Positions 1 to 12,500 of a DNA stretch of 64,000 nt are shown here, piece after piece. The DNA is from Phoronis australis (Eukaryota; Animalia; Phoronida). A program made the translations under genes and the position numbers. Each line of letters begins with the position of its first letter. The first letter of the stretch is position 1. Location: positions 68,954 to 132,953 of the forward strand of contig NMRA01000567.1 of the NCBI GenBank assembly GCA_002633005.1, in the 5' to 3' direction. The notes beneath the pieces were generated by a model. That model worked only from the letters and a program-made list of their open reading frames with translations. It was not told the DNA's origin and made no database searches.

Positions 1-3000
1 TTTGTCAGGCAAGCTGGTAACCTGGAAAAGGTACAAACATGGGTCCACAGGCTTGGATGGAAAAGAAATTCCGCTGCACTTCAGCAAAACGCAGGCCAAA
101 CAAATTCCTCATGTAGCCATGTCTGTTTTGCGTTCCACATAATAGATTATTCAACATTGTAACAACTCATCTTAAATACATATCACTGGAAAGCAAACCA
201 ACTGTTAGTCCCTAGCATACCAAAAGAGACAGTAATGTACCACTACCGTTATTTAATTACTAAGCCATCAACGTAGTCGCAAACGCACCTGAGATCTTGG
301 TGTCGCCGCTAACATAACAACAAAGGTATTTCTAGAGGGAGTGTGCCCTCGTCAGTAAAAACACAGTTAAAAGAATGGATTTTCTAGAACTTTGAGAACA
401 TAACTTGCTTGAATTCCAGCTAAAATGGCCCAAAGAGTAAACATTTACGGGACCGGTCTCCCCACGAAGAGGTGCATTTCCCCGGCTACAAAACTGCCCG
501 AAACTGTGCCTTTCCTATTTGATTACCTACTAATGGGTTCACTAAAGGAGTTCCAAACTCTGCAAAGGTTCTCTTTTAATCTACAAAAATTTATAGATTA
601 AAGCTTATAATATTATATCGTGAATTGACAATGACAATAGTCTTTGAAAAGTATAGTAGGGGTGGAAGCGAGTCCATGGCCACGCCTCTAAATCCGGCCA
701 GCTATGATCCTCTCAAGGTTCTGTCCAGGACCAACAGAAACAAAACTATAGCACAAATCCCCAGATCCATGTCCCTAAACTCCAAAGAGGGGATGAAAAT
801 CCTCCATACACGGAGACTCCAGTCAACGGAACAAGCTCCAATCCCACCAGTGGCTGTGAATGGTTCACAAGATCTTTGTGTTTCAAATATTGTTCTCACA
901 GGAATGTATCATCAGAATTCCTTCCTCAGAAGAAATACAAGTTGAAAGTTCAAGAAACACAGGACCAAACACTTAGGCACGCGTCCTCAAGAGGCGAGAC
1001 TCTCGCTAAGGAAGCTTGTGTGATTAGGTACCTACTTGTGATACACGGCAATATGGTAAGTTCAGGAAAGAAACTTGGTCTACAGAAGCATGCCAGTGAC
1101 GAAGACACATTGCCACTGACATCTATTGGTTTAGAGCAGTATTATGAATCCCCTAAAATTGGTTGGGGGTAATTTTGGGAATTAACAATGTTTAAAAATA
1201 TGCATGTCCCCAATAACAGCTTATGTGGAGTGATTAAACTGGGACTTCATCAACTAAGTAATTCTCAGAAGAAATAACTTGCCTCCATACAAAACTGCTA
1301 GCTAAAACAGACAATGATGTGTAATTTGATTGGCCAACTTCATGTAGACATTCTCATAATTCTATCACATGCTTCTATCTTGTGGTGTACACATATTCAA
1401 CAATGCAAGGATAAATATGAATGCGCACAAGTGAGCACTGTGCAAACAGCTATTAAAATCTTCAGCACTGCCTACTCTACTTGATTTAGACAAAAGTGGA
1501 TGGTGAGACTTTAAAACAACATTTATAATGGAAATCTATATAACTCAAGTCTGTGCAACCAGAAATACATTTACAAAATGACTAAAACTCGGAGGGAAGT
1601 TTTATTTGAAATAAAATAAATTTTAAAGGAAACAAATTTTGGCATTAACAAAAATAATACATAAGACAACAAACACTATTAAGTTATCATATGAAATTAA
1701 ATTCAGGTAAAACCTCACAAATGTCAGACAAAAATTATTGCCAAAATTGATGTTTTGACATTTTTCAAAAGCTGCAATCTATTGTTGAGGATACTGGCAA
1801 AACAATGTCTGATGTAACCTGCAGTATAGTCCGTGAAAACGACATAAGCACTTATCTGGTGCTGCTTAGGTTATATGAAATAACCACAGAGTATATTGTA
1901 CTAACGTAAGATACACTGTACCTACAATTCATGTTGTACAGTATAACAGCCATGTCTGATAAGATTGTGCAATGTAAAACAGTTGCAGTTGAGGCGTCAT
2001 TTACCCACCTGCCAACACAAAGTTAGAATACCCGATAAGCGCTAACGAAAGGTGTGTCAGGACTTGTGGCTGTTCCCAACAAGGCTTTGTCCAAATATAG
2101 GCATAGAATTTCACTCCCCCTGGTCACCAAAAATTTTAACCCTATTATGGGCACTGATTTCACACACATTTTTTTTCCATTGCAAATTCCGTTTCTATAT
2201 TTTTTCTTGTTTTCTCTCAATTTTCCTTTATGCACGAACTCTAAATGAATGATTTAACCTGTTTCAATGTTTATTTAATGAAACTACGAAATCGAAAGAC
2301 TCTGAAAACTGCAAGTACTAATTATCACGTAAAAAGCACTAAAAAATACGCCTGCATAATGTTTTGACAGTGCCATTTTGTGCCAAGTTCGATTACCCAC
2401 ACATCAACATGAATTAATTTTAGAGTCAATTAACTATTGAAGCCAGCCTGAATGGTCATTTAAGTTCACTGTTTACAGCCATGCTCTTTTTGTACTGGAG
2501 ACACGATAATATGAAAAGGCTCTTAAGTCAGAATTTTTTTCTGAACTTAAAGCGCAATATATAGAAATATTATATGATGAAAATTACTCAACCAAAATAT
2601 ACAAAGAGAAATTTCGTTTCACCTTTTCCAAGATTTACACTCTACAATTGAAAGTGAAGAAATTTTACCACAAATTAGACCACACATTCCACAATTTGTT
2701 GTTACATACAACATGTTAATCATACATCAACATTTTTCCCTAGTAAAAACTTGCCAACACTTCAACACTTTTTTCCAGATGAATTAAAAGGAAACATGTT
2801 TTACACGCACTGAAATTGCGAAGATTGTAATTCTTCTGGATTGCCATGACGAGCACATACAACTTGACGATTTTAGAAATAAGCATGGACTGCAAAAACA
2901 CAACAGAACTTCGAAAGGCTATTTTATTCAAAAACTATTTGACAACCAGAATTGTTAAACCTGCCTATGGATAGATTAGGAGTGCCATCTAGAGTTCATG

Positions 3001-3450
3001 GCTTAAACCAGATTCCAACTTACAGTAGTAACAACTTGCCTGTTTTTTTCTAACTAAAGTGCAGACATCACTTATTATATGAACAATTCAAATTGATAGC
3101 AACAATTATTATATGTCAGTAACTGACAGTAAGGAGTACAACTCAACTGATTATTTATTGACTTAGTAAAATGTTTCAGATGGAAGGATTGGAACTTTCA
3201 GGAATACTGATATAACATTGCCAGGTTAAATGTTACTCAATATTTGCCTCACCTATGAAAATGAAACATTCTTGCACTTGAAATCACAAAACTCATCCTT
3301 TTTGTCGTTAGGACAAACCGATGGAAACCACACTTTCCAGTCTGCAAACCCACTTTCAATTCTCCTTTCAATGGTTCAAACACAAGTTGAATAGATCCCA
3401 GGATGGATACCGTGGACAGATCTGTATCGAGTGCACCTGACCTCACCTTT

Positions 3451-3571
3451 TTACATCTCATCGTCACTGAGTTCTAGATCTTCCTCAGGAAAGTCACCAA
3501 CTTTCACATCCTCTGGTCGGACAAATCCCCCATACTTTGGCGGACATTCAAAATATCTCTTTCCTTTCACA
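3451..3571 (-). CDS. TBCB: TBCB exon 7 (last; CAP-Gly C-terminal part, stop TAA at 3451-3453)
   Basis: [39 protein letters not shown]; acceptor ttttag. Confidence 0.95.
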
Positions 3572-6500
3572 CTAAAAACCAAATTTTATTCAATTTTAAA
3601 GAGTTTATGCATACTGAGTTAAAATCTTAAGATAACTCCAATGTTTTTCAACAGGTAGCTCAAAATCATCATAAATTTTTCTTGTGTGACAACATGAAAA
3701 CAGTAGTTTTCAAAATAGACAGTGCTCGTACGTGCTATGTCAAACTTCTTGTTGGAATTATTTGACAGTTTAGTCGAACTGTTGTCACAACAAAATAGCA
3801 TGTTTGTCCAAATTTAGTCAGAGCTTAAGGTGAAGTAATTTGCGACACCAGAATTTTGATCGGTTTCAGTGGATATTTAATCAACCTTTGTGCATCAAAA
3901 CTCTGCTGAGTTTTGAAGCTGTCCAGTTTATTCTGAAAGCTACATAATAAAACGTATAATTTTTATACGATATTTTCCATTAAATAAAAATTTTGTCCTT
4001 CACGTTTTCTAGGTAACTGTGTAGGGAGTCATACACCTGTTAGGAAAAACAGGTTTGCAGACTTCAGCTTTCGAATACCACAAAATAAAAAACAAGTCAC
4101 ACCTAATGATAACCAAGCAAAGAAATGAAAAAATACTGAGTGAACACAAACTAAGGGAAATCAATCACAGTTATTGATAAAAGAAATCCGGGATTGTTCA
4201 CAATTATTACAACTTTTTTTCACAGGACTGTCTGCAGGTGGATGCCTTTGATGTCACGAAAACGTGATTGGGGAAATGACTTTATAGATTTTTTTTGCGT
4301 ATAAAGATCTGAAATTATTAATTCAAGTTTAACAATATTGTTAATCAAAATAAACAATGCCCCACAAAATATTAACACAAGACAATGCAGTCTTACCATC
4401 CATCATTCTTGCCTACAGGTTCATCATATTTGACTCCAACCCAAAGACCAGACTGAAACTCCGTCTCACCTATACAAAGAATCATGACTTCAAATTAATG
4501 AGATTGCTAGAGCACTCAACTAGCGGGACTATTACATTGGGACAAACAAAGTAAATGAATTTCCAAATCAGTGAGATTTTGTTTTGTTTTCATTTTGCAT
4601 TTGTCGGAAGAGATATTAAATTTTGAAATAAGGCGAGTTGTCCTTTTTAATTACAAAAGCCTGATTGCACTAGTACAAGTGCTGAGCTCACAATCACAGG
4701 CAGTAGTTTTGGAGAGGTTTGGTCTAAAACAGCACAGACATTCTTATAATGGGATTAGTATAAAAAATGCAAAGTAGCTAAAAAGTCATTTTCAGTGTTC
4801 TCCACGACCACTTTTAACGTGTCGCAGCGTCCTGTTTGGCTGAACGCGCGTCCTGTTTAAATGTCCCGCGTCCTGTTTAAAAATCCCGCGACCAGTTAAA
4901 AATATAGGGACTACTTTGTAAAAAAGGCATCGTCGTCATTAATAAGGTCTTCACTGGTTCAAATCACGCATGGCAGCAACTGGCCATAGCCCATTGAAAC
5001 TGATGAATAAAGGCCAAGTGGTCAGTTGTGGACAACCTAATTACCGGTCTCACTCAAGCGGCAGGCCGGGCCGCTAGTCTATGTGGTGTAACGCGGCGTG
5101 TAAATAATCTCTCAATTATCTATTTAATTCATCTCGAACTAGTTATAGTCAATTTAATTTAACAAAGGCCCAGTGGTACCTATACGCCTAATCCACTACC
5201 TGCTCACTGGAAGTGCAGTCCGGCACGAAAGTCGCTGATCATTAGGCCTACCCTAGGCCTATTCGCTTTTGAAGTCACCTTTTTGTGTTCCGCGGACAAC
5301 TGATCATATTACCGATTGAAAAAAAATTAAGACTTGGTGGTTAGTTCTTCTGCGCAGTAGATGTTGTCAGCGAAGTATATGTTGTCAGCAAAGACACCGC
5401 TGCGCAGCAGTTTAGACTACGGCTGTCTTCTGGAAGGCCAGAATTTTGGTTTTCGTAGCACATTATTTTTCAATATTGGGTGGACCACACGACACAGACT
5501 TTACCGCTACCAGTCTCAACAAACATTTGCATGAAACTGCTTTTGATGGTTCTCATTGGTTGTTGTTTGTGTATTTCTCACGTAGATGAATATTATTGGT
5601 TACTTTTGGTGCCACAGACCATTGAGATTGACCGAGTTCATCTCGTTGCCTTATAAGGAGTTTCGTAGGCAGCATGAACATTACACTTGTGGCGCATACT
5701 CCCTCTAAAAATCTGCCAAGCATTCGCTAGCTCAACTTCGGTGGCCGTGCGTGACATTTGCGATTTCGAGGGAGTATTCCGAGATTTGGGACAGCGGATG
5801 ACGTCACTGAGTAAAGTTCAAAATATATGTCTCGCGCTGAAAAATTGTAGCCAAAATCACGTGCTCTCATTGAAGTCACACGGTAATATCTCACGTAATC
5901 TCACAGTCTTGTTTACCTCGCGTGGTCCTTACATTAGTGAATTCTATCCTGGCTTCCATTACCGATTGACATGCGCATTCTACATACTTAGAAATGTCGT
6001 CTGCCGCGGGAGCGCGAAGGACCGCTAAGCCTAAGGATTATTTTAAAAACCGAGAGATGTTTCAGATACTGACGTTGACTCAGATGCAGACACGACAGAT
6101 AATCCAGGACAGGATGGTGGTGATATTGCCGGGCTCGGTCAACAAATCGCAAATATCCGTGTCAGGAACGGTACGAACCGAATTTTTGTCGATAACGTCA
6201 GACATCAGCAATACAAATGAATAAAAAGTTGAATAAACACAGTTAATTGGTTGCACTACTGTGCATTACTATCAAAATGCGTGGGTAAAAATAAGGTGCA
6301 TACTAGCTTATGGAGAACGTTGACCGCCGCGCGGTTCCGGCGCGTTGCAGTTTTTACGCGTGCGACCTGTTTAGATTTTCAGATGCGGAGAACACTGATT
6401 TTTATTACTTATCACTTTGTGACGACACTGCTTCACTTATTGCCATGGTTACGATAACTTAGTGGCAATAATTAAGATTCTTAAAGCTTAAAATGCTACG

Positions 6501-9500
6501 AAACACGCAATAAAAATAGGCAGTAAAATATCAAAGCAGGGACTTCAATACATTTTGGTTTCACTGAAGTGGTATTGAATCACGTATTAATGCACGGCAC
6601 CACATTTGATAGACTGAAATTAGTTGGCCTTGCAAAATGCATACCTCACCATTTTGGTCTACAACACTCACCTAAACCTTCGTACAACTTAACAGTTTAG
6701 AGACTATATTACTACCCGAAAAGCTACACACAGTTCTCAGGGTGAGATTACACAGCTGATAAAGAGAAGACCAGAGGTCTGCACTATCCTACACAAGCAC
6801 AGGACACAAATATATGGCAACCACGATGGGATTTCAAAAAGGAAAGCCAAATGTTGCTGGTATGATTTGTACTAAAATATGCTTTGGCTATCATCCTTCA
6901 TATTTCAAATGGCTATTCTCTTGACCTTTCATAATTGTGAAACATTGGAACATTCCTGAAGTGGTGTCTTTGGTGTACAGTAACCTACTAACTAGACAGC
7001 ATGCTACACTTTGAGTTGTCATTATTACACCTGTAAAACGGAGGTGGGAACTCAACAAAATTTGGGACGTCAATTTGAAAATGCTTTGCACACTATTCTC
7101 CAAATTAAAATTTGGAACAGGAAAACCGTAACTAATAATGAAATACCCTGTGGAATTCAGCACTTTATGCATTGCAAAAATGTGACATCCTTTAAGAAGT
7201 TTCAAGTAAACAAATGTCTCATATCAATGTAAAATTTGGTACCAGCCTTACAATTAATCGTGTGACTGACGCTTATTATTCTCTTACCTAAGTACACAAC
7301 TTCCCCTCTCCTCGCCATCTGGCCCTTAGTTTGTACTTCACACCTACAAAATATATGTTTAACACAATAACCAAAAACAATGGATTTCAATCAGTTTGAC
7401 ATGTTTTGGCGTTTATTAAAACACCATCCTCACAAGCAAAAATAGTGGCCACCTTGCTAGGCCCAACTACACGGGCACAGCCAGTTACAGGGGAGTAACA
7501 CCGAAACATATGAACATATGCTGCTACTTGCTATCACAGAGAATAGACAAAAAACTATTGCACAAGTATCAGCTGTCCATGTTGTGGACTAACAGATCTG
7601 GCGACAATTTAGAAGAAAGTTAGAAAACCTGATACATTTTAGAACAAAAATTCCATGACACAAATTAAGCCTGTCGCGTAGTTGCCTGAGGGCCAAACTT
7701 TTGAATTAAGAACGATGGCAATTATATGCCATTTTCATTGTAAACATTATTATATCAAAGCTCACTGACAACATTCATGATAGTTTTTACCTGACGACCA
7801 CGTTATTAAACAGTGGATTGCCTGCTTATAAATTCACAGGTAATAGAATTACTTTTAGTTCTTGGCCAAAGTATTACCAAAGATCTTGCAACAAGTGCAG
7901 CTTTATTGCACAGCAGATGGTTAATGTTACGAATTAAGACTTAGATCAACTATGAGACCATAACAAAGTCTTCCCAAAGGATAATATTAGCCAACCAAAA
8001 AATTGGGCTTCACACAATCAGTCACTCACACACACACACGCGCGCGCACACACACACTTATGATACAGTTGCCAAATCCTTGTTTATTACTAGTTCTGAA
8101 TTGAAACAAGACAAGATTTTACGAGATTTCACACAAATTTGAATTCTTTCCACAAATACATTGAGGTTCCCTAAAACCACCTTGAGGTGGTGAAGTGGTA
8201 ACTTCACTTCTAAAATTCTTTGGTCTATTTAGACTAATCTCTGGCCAATTGTAATGCCAAATGAATGTAAATAGATCAATAGATTTTAGAAACGAAACAT
8301 GCTAAGGTTATTGTATTTCAGTGCAAATGTTTCAGGCTTTTCTGACGACATAAATTGCCGTTTTCATGATTATTGTTAGAGCATGAAACAACGTGTGGCT
8401 TTGGAGATTTTTTTGTACCAGGTTCAAAGATCATGATTTGTTGCAGAGCAAAATAAAATTTAAGGCTTGCGCCTCAAGACAAGTTCCACTAAATGCACTC
8501 CCACAGCCTACTGAAAGACCCATGACTAGGTAGACTTGTTTGGGTAATTCCATAGTCTGTTGTCACCCTTTGTTCAGAGTAAAAATGGAATTGTTCGATG
8601 AGAACATGACATTCCAGAATGGAATCACACAGGAGACATATCCTGCAGTTCTCAGCCAATAAGGAAGGGGATATATATATATATCATGGAGTCGCTCACT
8701 TATGTTAGGTTTGAGGACAGGATACCACATTGAACAGGATTCAGTTATGAAGCACGGTAAGGATGTTTTGTTAAAAACACAAATTAGGATCTCTCTCAAT
8801 CTGTCATCACATTGTACATTTCAAAAGATTTTTAAAGATATCTGCAACCATATTTAAGCACAAACGTTTTCAGGTATCTAGCAGTAGATAGATACATAAA
8901 CAATTAAATTGAAGACTAGAAATAAGGATTCACTTTTTGTGATGATGCATACGGGACAAGACCATTGCCGATCTACCGTACTGCTTGACCAAAGCTCCAT
9001 CTACAGCTCATAACAACAATAGCCAAGGTGAAGTCAACAAGATACAGATGCAATGTCAGTAAATTTGAGTCCTTGTTCAATTCTTGTTTTTTTATGTGCA
9101 ATGAAGCCGAAAGCATGACCGAAAGAAGATTATGAAAAGAATATAATGTAAGTTAGACTTCTTTCAGTTCATGGCTACCTGTCACCCAACTTCATGGTGG
9201 CTACCAACTCCTTCTGCCTCTGTTCCTTTTCCCGTTTTTCTTCATCTTTTCGTTTCTGCTCTTCTGGGTCAACCTCAGCGAACTGGCCCATTTTCATTCG
9301 TTGTTTGACGGCCCGCACCGAATCTAAAGAAACCAGACAAGATTAAAAATGAAGCTCTGGAACACATTATTAAGGAGAAAGTGAATCTGAAGATGACATT
9401 GCTTAAAGACTGTGTAAACCAATCATAGAAAACCATTTTTCAGGGTGCTTTGGGGTAGAACCCTTTATCTTGGTTCTTTTATGGTTATCTAGGACAAATA

Positions 9501-12500
9501 GAAAAATGCCCAAATTTGGCTAATTTCGAAACACCATATTTCAGAAATGGCCAACCAGATACAAATGAAACTCATATATTACATTCTATGCACTATTTTT
9601 CAAAAAAGCTGTTAGGACTTGCTTTTGTGTGAGGGGGTATAAAAAAGGAACTTTGTGATTTTAATGAAAAACTCAAAAGAGGAATTCAAGGGCAATAAAC
9701 TCCACTTGAGATGTATGAACAATCACAGAACATTTTGATCAATTATGTAAAAAAATTCATCCTAGGAAAATAATTAATATGAATTGATGTTGCCCCTATC
9801 TCAGATTTTACTGTCTCTGGCATCTGCACCAGAAGGTCATCCAATTATAGTATTCCAAGAAATAGGACAGATTACAGGAAAAAGACATTCTTTCCTAGCA
9901 CAGTCACGGACTGGAATAGCTTGCTGGGCTACATTACATCAGTCCCTACTCTTGATATCTTTGTCAGCAAGCTATCTGCCTTTCTGAAGTAACATGGTGG
10001 GGTGCCTCCATTTGGGACACCCGCTTACTGACTGCCTTATCTGTAAAAGATCTAGCTATGTTAACCGATCTCTGAAGTGACATCCACTATGTATATCTAT
10101 CTTTTTTTAAACCTGTTATGGTTGTTCTTGTTTTTGTTGGTCTTCATTGTTATACATTGACATAATACTCTGAAGAGTGTGGGCACTTAAACCAAGAAGA
10201 AGAAGAAGAAGAAGAAGAAGAAGAAGAAGAAGAAGAAGAAGAAGAAGAAGAGCGTTTTTGAAAGCTTTTCTTGGAATGTTTTTATGAAATAAAAATTGAT
10301 TAATGTTATTGATACTGTTGCTTTACTATCAATGTACCTAGTAGTTTCTTTTTGGTGAATTTTACTGAAAAGACATGGGTCACGTGACCCAGTTGATGGT
10401 AGAGTATTAAAACATCAAACATCAAATTCTACAGGCTTTCTACTTCCAGAAGAGTTAAAATCATTCTAATAGAAAAGTTTAGTAGCTATTTGGCTTACTG
10501 CACACACTTGTCAAAAAAGGTCCAACGAAATCTTGATATGGTGAGTTACCGTAACTCCAATCACACAATAAAATCCAGTACAGAATGGAGTTGATCAAAT
10601 GATTCAGCGAGAAGATTTGCAACTCCAGTAAACTTCATTATTTGAGTTTCAAGTTTGCAACTTTGCCCTGGGTTAATTAGACTAAGCACAGCCTGGAACT
10701 TAAGGAACAAGTGATTTAAGGCCCAGATCCTGGAACATAATTTTTTCAGTCTTCGTTTGCAATGATCTGATTTTCTTTCATTGGAAATTTCCAGCTATGA
10801 AAAGGATCACTCAAATGCATTTGTTACGAATCTAAAAATTCTACAATTTGATTAAATTTTAAGTCAGAATCTGAAAGCCGCGTAACAAAAAAGCATTTTA
10901 ACACTCCACACACTCTATAACATACCTGAGCGTTTTTCATAATCTTCCTTGGATATTTCAAATTTTTCTACCTTAGAGGTGTCTTCAAACTCTCCCATTC
11001 TTAAGTTTTTATCAACAACCTGCAACAGATTACACTTGGTATCTGAAATCAGGAACAGAGATTCATTTAATAATAGCTCGCCCTGGTGTTCTCAAGCTTT
11101 GCCTGAATTTCATATACAGCAAAAAATGTCCGAGGCATTGGGCCTGCATGGGAGGTCAGCTTTCCCAAGCCCAGTCGCTGATGACTTCTATGCTTCTAAA
11201 GAAATCGAGCTTGGATGATCCTTCCTGGATTTAAAGTTGTTATAAGCCTGCCTTCTGTTAAAAAGTGAACTATTGATTGATGTCATTTACCATTATAAGA
11301 GTCATCTCAACTTGTTCCTTACTCACAATACGGTTTGCGGACTTGAGAAAAACGGACAGTGCCTTATTGCTAGCCACCATGTTTAGCGTCTAAAATAGCC
11401 AATCGGGTCAGTTTAGCTGAATTCCAGCAATAATGAATTGCCTCTTTCTTCCTAAGTCCAGAAATCACTTTATGTGAACTGAGTGAAAAAACTGTCAGTT
11501 TTAGGGCAATAATAGCCTAATTCAAAGTCATTTCTTTTAAGAAAGGCATGCTTATTCCACCTTTAACTTACATGAATTATCATATTGTCTTCGACAGGGA
11601 AGGAGCCTAACATTGCACTGTCATTGTCCATGGGACACACTGGTTTACCATCTTTATCCTGTAACTGTAACTTCATGGTGGCTGGACTCGCACCCGTTAT
11701 GAGTTCTAGCTTGGACTGCAAATAACAAAATAATTATTTTACAATTAAATAGTTTGCTGAAAGTGCAGTTAAAATGCAGGTAATCAGCAGCATTTTCTGA
11801 TGCCAGAAAGATACCAGGTGTCAGAACTCTGTTTGGTAAGGCAATTATGTTCAAGTATATGCCATTCACAGAAAGCAGTACACAAAAAGTATCAAGAACA
11901 ATAAATATGTTTAATTCAGAATAAATGTACTTAAAAACACATTATCACAGCCAGCATAAACATAAATGAGTTTTTGAAAGTCCTTCACTTTCCTTTTTTC
12001 CGAACCTTTTCAAATACAGTAGTACATGCCAACCGTATTCAGTCTAAATGACCCCAAATACCACTCCGTGACATTAGAGTAGCTTTCCCTCATGCCTGAG
12101 GATGAAGAGAAACTGACAGGAAATTCAAAAGTTAGCCATTTTGCAAGAGTAGCCATCATGACATGCAGCTCTCATTTTTGCATTATTGTCAGAATTCCCA
12201 GCTATAGACAATAATGACATCCGTAGCCATGTCTACAAGTATAACCTACGACTAAAAAATGTTCCAATCAGGAAGCCATGGTTTAAAGAATACTTCAGGT
12301 AGAAAAAACAAAAGTGATTACTACTCATAAAGGATTTTAAAACCTTTAACATAACAGTGTTTCAACAACAAACCACGAAAAAAGAAACACAGAATTACCA
12401 TCATCTTTCAGATTTTAACAACTTATTAATGCCAGCAAGCAAGTTTTGGTATTTCAATGTACAAGAAAATACAATGGTGTCAGAGTTTGAATAAGTAGGC

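Noticed and set aside
9-142. Possible terminal exon of an upstream plus-strand gene (KLVTWKRYKHGSTGLDGKEIPLHF...)
   Set aside because: Peptide not recognised and acceptor context is cut by the window edge.
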